Assembly (NCBI GenBank): GCA_045863395.1
Contig: BTVJ01000001.1
Location: forward strand, 352,001 to 416,000
Reading direction: 5' to 3'
Source of the DNA: Myxococcales bacterium
GTDB lineage: Bacteria; Myxococcota_A; UBA9042; JABWCM01; BTVJ01
Length of the DNA stretch: 64,000 nt
The notes under the pieces were generated by a model that did no database searches, had not been told where the DNA came from, and saw nothing but the letters and a program-made list of their open reading frames with translations. The translations under genes and the position numbers were made by a program. Below, in pieces: positions 57,562 through 64,000 of this stretch; within the stretch, counting starts at the first letter, position 1; the number at the start of each line of letters is the position of its first letter.

Positions 57562-59214
57562 TCAGGGCGCTGCGGCGTCGTATGCCCCGAACTCCACGGC
57601 GTAGAGCGCAGCGGCGTGGCGGCCCAGGTCGTCGGCCGACAGCGCCGCGATGGCGGCCAGGGCCCCGGTCCAGCCGTCGTCGTCGGGCGCGGCGGTGACC
57701 AGGGTGGCGTCGGTCGCTCCGAGCGCCGCCCCCAGCCCGGCGATGATCGTGCGCCCTGCCCACGCCTCGTTGGTGCCGTCGTAGCGCCGGTCGCACGCGT
57801 AGGCGTGGAGCGTCAGCGCGTGGAAGAAGCGCAGGCCCTCCCCCTCCGCCAGCTCGGCCAGGTAGGCGCTCGCCTCGTGGTTCGCCCCGGAGACCGTGTT
57901 GTGCGACATGCGCTCCAGCTCCAGGCGCGCCTTCAGGTCCTGCTTGTCGCGCAGGTGGTACTGGCCCCTCAGGTCGGAGAGCAGCGCGCGCACTCCCCGC
58001 GCCAGGGGGATCCCTCGCCGGTGGTCGACCACGTGCCGCACCTCGTGGTGGGCCACGGCCCGGCGCAGGAGCGCCGCCATCGCCGTGCCGCACGACGGCG
58101 CCCCGGCGTCCTCACAGGCGGCCCCCGTCGCCGCCCGGAGCTCCGACTGCATCGCGGTGACCACGCCGGCGAGCACGTCCTCGTCCGCCCCATACTCGAT
58201 GCGCGCGCTCGCCCACCGCCCCGAGCAGTCCCGCGCAGGCTCCCCGAGGCACTGCGAGAGCTCCCTGGCCTTGTCCTCGATGTTGTCCACGAGCAGCACC
58301 GCCCGCGCGACGCCCGTGGTCCGGTGCCCGAGCATCAGCTCCTGGACGTTGAGCGTGTCCAGGCGCCGCGCCGCCAGGGCCTCGATGGGCGTGCCCCCGA
58401 CCCGCAGCACGACGGGCTCCTCCAGGGCATAGGTCATCACGTAGGTCTCCTTGCGCCCGTCGCCGTAGCTCGACCCGTTGACCGTGGCCCAGTAGGGCAC
58501 GTGGCGTCGCTCCAGGGAGAGGTTCAGCAGGTCTCCTGCCACGACCACCGCCCGGTCGTCGTCCTCCTCCAAGGCCGTGAAGAGGGAGCCGAGCGCCTCG
58601 CGGATCTCGAGCGGGGTGGGCGCCGCCAGCACCGCGTCGCGCGCCGCCTTCCAGGCGCCGTCCTGGGGCCAGGTCGTCCGGTCGAGGCGGCGGGCCTGGT
58701 CGAGGGCGATGATCGCCTTCGGGAGCAGGCCGGCGAACACCGCGCGAACGGCCTCCACCTCGGGCGCGGAGGCGGGCTCCAGCAGAGAAGCGTCCGCGAC
58801 CCGCACCCGCACGTCCGTGGACTCGACGCTGGAGAACGGCCCCCCGTCGAGGCGCACCGACATGGTGTACCACCCCGGCGGGAGCTGGCGGACGTCGGCG
58901 ACGAGCTCGGTGAGGATCGCGCTCCCCGGCTCCGCCCAGCGGTCCGCCGGTACGGGGGCGTGGCCGACCACGCGCCCGTCCATGGTGATCTCCACGCTGG
59001 CCGGGCGCCGGGTCCCCGACAGGGCCACGTCCACGTGGAAGGACGACGCGACCAGGGTGCCGTCCCTGGGCGACAGGATGGCGACCCTCCAGGAGCCGCC
59101 GAGCAGGCGCCACCCCACGGCGCCGCCAATCCCCAGGACCAGCAGGCCGATCACGACCCAGCCCTTGATCTGGACAGGCCGCGGGCGCCGGGCGATGGGT
59201 TCGAGCAGCGACAT
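57562..59214 (-). CDS. Membrane-anchored protein with Ig-like domain and HExxH motif
   Basis: N-terminal TM; VAILSPRDG...PGWYTMSV Ig-like segment; HHEVRH and a later EASAYLAEL. Confidence 0.7.
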   Translation of the reverse strand: MSLLEPIARRPRPVQIKGWVVIGLLVLGIGGAVGWRLLGGSWRVAILSPRDGTLVASSFHVDVALSGTRRPASVEITMDGRVVGHAPVPADRWAEPGSAILTELVADVRQLPPGWYTMSVRLDGGPFSSVESTDVRVRVADASLLEPASAPEVEAVRAVFAGLLPKAIIALDQARRLDRTTWPQDGAWKAARDAVLAAPTPLEIREALGSLFTALEEDDDRAVVVAGDLLNLSLERRHVPYWATVNGSSYGDGRKETYVMTYALEEPVVLRVGGTPIEALAARRLDTLNVQELMLGHRTTGVARAVLLVDNIEDKARELSQCLGEPARDCSGRWASARIEYGADEDVLAGVVTAMQSELRAATGAACEDAGAPSCGTAMAALLRRAVAHHEVRHVVDHRRGIPLARGVRALLSDLRGQYHLRDKQDLKARLELERMSHNTVSGANHEASAYLAELAEGEGLRFFHALTLHAYACDRRYDGTNEAWAGRTIIAGLGAALGATDATLVTAAPDDDGWTGALAAIAALSADDLGRHAAALYAVEFGAYDAAAP

Positions 59215-59355
59215 GGGGAGAGCATACCACGGCCGTCGGAATTGCCGAGCTTTCGGCTGTGCGCCGCAGATCCTCGCGCCGGACGCCACGGCAGGGCTCG
59301 ACGGCGCTCCCGGATCCTGGCAGTCTAGCGCGCCGACCCGACTGGAGGAGGACCC

Positions 59356-60348
59356 ATGGACTTCGAGAACCTGGAGGGCTTCGACCCCCTCGAGCGCGCG
59401 CTCTCCAAGGCGATGCGCATCTTCGGCATCCTGCTCGCCCTGTGCGTCATGGCGCCCCTGTGGGTGCGCGGCGAGGGCTTCGTCAAGCTCTTCGGCGCGG
59501 AGGGGCCCTCCTTCGGGGAGCTGCTGCCGGGCTGGTACACCGCCGCCGTGGGCCTCGTGCTGCTCGTGCTGTCCTTCGTCAAGCTCGGCAAGGACGTCAA
59601 GGGCATCGCGGCCGTCGCCCTGCTGCTCGTGCTGCCGCTGATCATCGGGGTCAACCTCTTCGAGCTGAAAGACATCGAAGAGCGAGACGCGCTGCGCCAG
59701 CTCAACCTGCTCTGGACGGAGACCAGCCTCCAGACCTGGCTCATGATGGCGGGCGTCGTCGTCGCCGCGGCCGGCATGTCGCTGCGCAGCCACCAGCCGC
59801 GGCTCGAGGTCGGCCGCGTCGCGGTCGGCGCCGGCGTCGCGCTGGTGCTCGCCTACTTCTTCCTGCCGACCGACGCGGGCATGCCCATGATGCGCGCCAT
59901 CGACAGCCTCGAGATGGCGACCTCCGACGGCTTCGAGTCGGCGGTCATCGCCCTCGCAGGCCCCAAAGAAGGCCCCGCCCTCGCGTCGCAGATGAAGCTC
60001 CAGGTGATCCTGCGGTTCACGTTCTATCTCATTCCCGTCGCGATCATGGCCATGAGCCTCCCGGCGCTGATCAAGAAGTCCTACCCCGGCAAGGCGGGCG
60101 GCGCGCACGCCGGCATCGTGTCCTGGGCCTGGAAGCTCTTCATCCCCGCCATCTACTTCCCCATGGCCATCAAGCTCGGCATGCAGGCTCGCTCCGGCGA
60201 GGTCTTCCTCGGCTTCGCCCGCATGTACCTGATCACCGTGTCCGTGCTGGTGGTCGTCCCCATGGCCCTCGACGCGGTCATCAGCCACTTCCTGGCGCCG
60301 AACCGCGGAATCCCGGATCTGGCGGAGGAGACCGAGCCCGCTCTGTGA
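59356..60348 (+). CDS. Hypothetical polytopic membrane protein
   Basis: GGAGGAGG RBS; ~8 hydrophobic segments; strongly biased codons. Confidence 0.8.
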   Translation: MDFENLEGFDPLERALSKAMRIFGILLALCVMAPLWVRGEGFVKLFGAEGPSFGELLPGWYTAAVGLVLLVLSFVKLGKDVKGIAAVALLLVLPLIIGVNLFELKDIEERDALRQLNLLWTETSLQTWLMMAGVVVAAAGMSLRSHQPRLEVGRVAVGAGVALVLAYFFLPTDAGMPMMRAIDSLEMATSDGFESAVIALAGPKEGPALASQMKLQVILRFTFYLIPVAIMAMSLPALIKKSYPGKAGGAHAGIVSWAWKLFIPAIYFPMAIKLGMQARSGEVFLGFARMYLITVSVLVVVPMALDAVISHFLAPNRGIPDLAEETEPAL

Positions 60349-60423
60349 CGCCCCCCTGCGGGCGCCACGCTCCCACGGCGCGCCCGGAGGACGGGCGATT
60401 CGCGGGTCCGGCGGGATCGTCCG

Positions 60424-60452
60424 TTGACGCGCCGCCCGGGCTCCCCTACGCT
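60424..60452 (+). promoter_or_regulatory. sigma70-type promoter
   Basis: TTGACG-N17-TACGCT upstream of the 60501 start. Confidence 0.5.
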
Positions 60453-60500
60453 CGGCGCCATTGCGCATCAGGCGGTCACGCCCGGAAACCAGGAGGTCCC

Positions 60501-62732
60501 GTGAGGCTCGTCACCGGATTGGTCATCGTAGCGGTCCTCGCCGCGTGTGGTCCCCCTCCGCCCCCGACCGAGGAGTCCGGCGGTGGAGGCGGCGGTGGGG
60601 GCGGCGGCAATGGCGCCCCGAGCTGCGAGGGTTTCGACCCATCGCAGGCCCCCCCCCGAAAGCAGCGGCTCCTGCGCACCGTGGGCGACGAGTTCGAGAT
60701 CCAGATCAAGGGCGAGTGGCGGTCGTTCACGATGATCGGCATGAACATGGGCCTGAGCACGCCGGGTCACCAGCCGGGCGAGTTCGCGTTCGAGTGCGCC
60801 GACATCGACCGCTGGCTCGAGCTCATCGGCGACATGGGAGCGAACAGCATCCGCACCTACACCCTGCTGTCGCCCACGTTCTATCGGGCGTTCGCCGCCT
60901 ATCAGCGGCGCAACCCGGACCGGCCGCTCTGGCTCGTGCAGGGGGTCTGGCTCGACGAGCTGGACGTCGTGGACAGCGAGGACTACTTCGACGCGGAGCA
61001 GGAGTTCCGCGACGAGACGAAGCGCGTCATCGACGCGATCCACGGCAACGCGACCATCGACGTGCGCTTCGGCAAGGCCTACGGCACCTTCGACGCGGAC
61101 GTGTCCGCGTGGACCATCGCCTTCATCGTCGGCCACGAGCTCGAGCCCTACCAGGTGCAGCACACCAACGGTCTGCACACCAACCGGAAGAGCTACGCGG
61201 GGGAGTACCTGTCGCTTCCCTCCGGCACCCCCATGGAGGTGTGGGTCACCTCGCTCCTCGACAACCTTGTCTCCTACGGGCAGGAGACCTACGACATGCA
61301 GCGGCCGGTGAGCTGGTCCAACTGGCCGACCCTGGACCCGCTCTATCACCCGACGGAGCCCCACGGGGAGGGGGCGAGCGCCGAGGACTTCGAGCAGCTC
61401 GATCTGGCCAATGTCAAGCGGTCGGCCGCGGCGGACGCGGGCTTCTTCGTCTCGTATCACGCCTACCCGTACTACCCGGAGTTCGTGATCTACGACCCGG
61501 GGTACCTGAAGGTGGAGGACGCAGCCGGTGAGAACTCGTACCTCGGCTATCTCCTCGACCTGAAGGACCACTACGCGGACATCCCGCTGGTCGTCGCGGA
61601 GACGGGCGTCCCGTCGAGCCGCGGCGTCGGGAAGTACGCGCCGAGCGGCATGCACCACGGCGGCCACGACGAGCACGCCCAGGGCGTCCACATGGCCCGC
61701 ACCATGACCACGGCCATCGAGGCCAACGCGGACGGGGTGTTCCTGTTCGCGTTCATGGACGAGTGGTTCAAGCGCGCGTGGGTCGTCGAGCGCCAGGAGC
61801 TCCCCGCGGACCGCCGCTACAAGTGGCTCAACCCCATGAACCCCGAGCAGAACTTCGGCGTCCTCGCCATGGACCCCGACATGCCCGGCACCCGCGTCCT
61901 CGACGGGAAGGTGGACGACTGGGACGGCTCCGCGCTGGCCGAGGCGACGGGGACGCTGCGCGGCCTCTGGGCGGCGGCGGACGCGGCGCACCTGACGCTG
62001 CGCCTCGACGTGGACCCGGCGGCCCTCGACTTCAGCCAGCGCCTGTTCTACGTGGGCATCGACACCTACGACGCGAAGCGCGGTGACAGCAAGTTCCCGG
62101 ACGGCCTCGACGCGACGAGCACCGACGCGCGGCTGGAGTTCGTGCTGCGGATCGGCGGTGAAGGGGAGACGGAGCTGCTGGTCGACCGCCCCTACGACGT
62201 GTACGGGCTCTGGCACGGCCTCCTGGAGGACCACCAGAAGGTCGCCTCCGTCACCAACGACGACGGCCTCTACGCCCCGATTCGCACCATCGTGAACTTC
62301 GAGCTCCACGACGACTCCGGCAAGCAGATCGCCGACCGGGTCGACCAGAAGACCGGCGCGCTGCGGCGCGGCACGGCGGACCCGAAGTCCAAGGTCTACG
62401 ACTCCCTGGCAGACTGGCAGATGGACGAGGCGGGCGGGCACATCGAGGTGCGCATCCCCTGGACGCTCCTGAATGTCACGGACCCCTCGCAGCGCCTGGT
62501 GCTGGCAGACAAGGCGGGCACGGGCCCGACGGAGACCGAGGTGACGGCGGGCTTCCGCTTCGTGGCCGTGAGCGCCAAGCGGGGCGGGACGGCCGTGGAG
62601 GCGCGGCTGCCGAAGGACGGGGCGACCGAGACGTTCACGTGGCCCACCTGGGAGACAGTGACGTGGCGAGAGCGCGTCAAGCCGTCGTATTACGTGGTTC
62701 AGAACGCGATTCATGGGTTGATCGGGGACTGA
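60501..62732 (+). CDS. Lipoprotein, putative clan GH-A TIM-barrel glycoside hydrolase with C-terminal beta domain
   Basis: AGGAGG RBS; lipobox LAAC; MGANSIRTY, VGHELEP, SYHAYPYYP, VVAETGVPS, FAFMDEWFK. Confidence 0.75.
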   Translation: MRLVTGLVIVAVLAACGPPPPPTEESGGGGGGGGGGNGAPSCEGFDPSQAPPRKQRLLRTVGDEFEIQIKGEWRSFTMIGMNMGLSTPGHQPGEFAFECADIDRWLELIGDMGANSIRTYTLLSPTFYRAFAAYQRRNPDRPLWLVQGVWLDELDVVDSEDYFDAEQEFRDETKRVIDAIHGNATIDVRFGKAYGTFDADVSAWTIAFIVGHELEPYQVQHTNGLHTNRKSYAGEYLSLPSGTPMEVWVTSLLDNLVSYGQETYDMQRPVSWSNWPTLDPLYHPTEPHGEGASAEDFEQLDLANVKRSAAADAGFFVSYHAYPYYPEFVIYDPGYLKVEDAAGENSYLGYLLDLKDHYADIPLVVAETGVPSSRGVGKYAPSGMHHGGHDEHAQGVHMARTMTTAIEANADGVFLFAFMDEWFKRAWVVERQELPADRRYKWLNPMNPEQNFGVLAMDPDMPGTRVLDGKVDDWDGSALAEATGTLRGLWAAADAAHLTLRLDVDPAALDFSQRLFYVGIDTYDAKRGDSKFPDGLDATSTDARLEFVLRIGGEGETELLVDRPYDVYGLWHGLLEDHQKVASVTNDDGLYAPIRTIVNFELHDDSGKQIADRVDQKTGALRRGTADPKSKVYDSLADWQMDEAGGHIEVRIPWTLLNVTDPSQRLVLADKAGTGPTETEVTAGFRFVAVSAKRGGTAVEARLPKDGATETFTWPTWETVTWRERVKPSYYVVQNAIHGLIGD

Positions 62733-62776
62733 GGCGGGCAGCGCCGCACACGCAGTCTGTCCTCCGTTCTGGAAGC

Positions 62777-63463
62777 TCACTGTGCCCGGCAGACACCCTC
62801 GACGCACCGGGGGTCGGCGTCCGGGCACTCACAGCCGTCGTCATGACACCACTCGTCGAAGCAGACTCCGGCACCGAGGCAGTAGTCCTGGTGAACGAGG
62901 GCCGCAGCCGCCTCCCAGTCCTTGACGAGGTGTTTCGCGATGATGGGGCAGTGCTTGCCGCACTTGTGGTTTCGCACCTGGACGCAGTCTCCGTCCGTCG
63001 TGCACGTGCCATACGCCTCCGCCGCCTTCTTGATGGCGGCGTCAGCCGCCTTGAGGATCTGAGAGCAGTAGAGGCAGCCGTCCACGGTCCTCAGCATCCA
63101 AGGATCACATCCCTCGTCGCACCACGCCGTCTTGCACCAGTCGATGCACAGGTAGCGGCCTGACGTGTAATCGTCGCACTCACAGGTGATGGCGGGTCTG
63201 CACCTGTTGCAGCAGCAGACCTCCTCGCCGTAGCTGCAGACCACGTCCGTGCGACGGCACCCCGGCTGGTGGGTGGGTGGCTCGGGAGGACAGACGCCCG
63301 ACGCTGGCGACCATGACTCACTCTTGGATTGTGCACCGCTCCCATCCACCGCTGGCGGCTCGGTGCCCGACGGCGCGACGCCGGATCCTGGGCTGCAAGC
63401 CACACCCGCGCTCAAGGCGAGCAGGAGCGCGGCCCTTGCGCGCGTCCACGGATGCCTGCTCAT
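62777..63463 (-). CDS. Cys-rich lipoprotein
   Basis: GGAGG RBS; lipobox GVAC; more than 20 Cys in the mature part. Confidence 0.75.
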   Translation of the reverse strand: MSRHPWTRARAALLLALSAGVACSPGSGVAPSGTEPPAVDGSGAQSKSESWSPASGVCPPEPPTHQPGCRRTDVVCSYGEEVCCCNRCRPAITCECDDYTSGRYLCIDWCKTAWCDEGCDPWMLRTVDGCLYCSQILKAADAAIKKAAEAYGTCTTDGDCVQVRNHKCGKHCPIIAKHLVKDWEAAAALVHQDYCLGAGVCFDEWCHDDGCECPDADPRCVEGVCRAQ

Positions 63464-63547
63464 GGTCCCTCCGCTCGACCGCTCCACGGACACCGTGGAG
63501 GACGTTGTTCCGCTCACGGGAACGCACGAATCCGTCGTGATCCCGGT

Positions 63548-64000
63548 TCAGGGCACCGCGCGATCCGTGCGCTCCTCTTCGAACGTCACGCCGAGCGTGA
63601 GCGCCAGGTCCCGCGAGCTCGCGCCCACCTCCACCGCATACTCTCCCGGCTCCACCCGCCACCCACCGTCGTAGATCGCCAGGCGCTGCCACGGCACATC
63701 CAGGCGCACCGTGCGGGTCTCCCCCGCCTCCAGCGAGACCGCGGCAAACGCCTTGAGCTCCCGCGGGGCGCGCTCGACCGCAGAGTCCGGCTTCCCCACG
63801 TAGAGCTGCACCACCTCGATGCCCCCGCGATCCCCCGCGTTCTTCACGTCCACCTCCACGGCGAGCCCCTCGCCCTCCACCTCCCGCACGGCCAGATACT
63901 CGAACTGCGTGTAGGACAGCCCGAAGCCGAACGGAAACTCCGGCGCCACGCCGGTGCGATCCAGGTGGCGGTAGCCGTGCCAGGCGTCGTAGGTCACCTC
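63548..64000 (-). CDS. GH3 beta-glucosidase, C-terminal and Fn3-like part (5' truncated)
   Basis: GYRH...FPFGFGLSYTQF, EVVQLYV, PRELKAF, VGASSRDL. Confidence 0.92.
   Translation of the reverse strand, partial: EVTYDAWHGYRHLDRTGVAPEFPFGFGLSYTQFEYLAVREVEGEGLAVEVDVKNAGDRGGIEVVQLYVGKPDSAVERAPRELKAFAAVSLEAGETRTVRLDVPWQRLAIYDGGWRVEPGEYAVEVGASSRDLALTLGVTFEEERTDRAVP

Noticed and set aside
59259..62732. 1157-aa fusion protein (also 20167..23574, 19679..21910 and 57562..60468)
   Set aside because: Over-extended ORF calls. Internal starts with RBS, lipobox or stop-start coupling exist at 60501, 21888, 20167 and 59214, and the extensions overlap other real genes.

Overview
High-GC bacterial chromosome segment. 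Gene content points to a Myxococcota-like deltaproteobacterium (inference): pilB-T-C-S-R-A cluster, myxobacterial-type pilin, PEGA/Kelch/lamin-tail lipoproteins and a myxosortase-like protease. The window appears to be origin-proximal. It has two parS palindromes at 32.7 kb and an oriC-like element (AT-rich tract, TAG trios, DnaA boxes) directly upstream of dnaN-recF, but no dnaA. Other content: two divergent paralogous GT-C-like membrane proteins beside pilA, dprA-topA-trmFO, thrB, MscS-cNMP, a GT2 plus polysaccharide deacetylase pair, solitary gcvPB, proB, an Asp-type murA, a partial pyrimidine reductive catabolism cluster, a yciO/Sua5-family gene, epmA and glycoside hydrolases. The two most striking observations are (1) a ~520-600 nt highly structured intergenic element at 56.3-56.9 kb with its own sigma70-type promoter and motifs collinear with my recollection of OLE RNA, a class known mainly from Bacillota, here with no adjacent oapA; and (2) a coupled pair of a cohesin-like lipoprotein and a dockerin-bearing M1 peptidase. 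No rRNA, tRNA, CRISPR array or mobile element was recognised. All family calls are by-eye motif recognition; no database searches were run.
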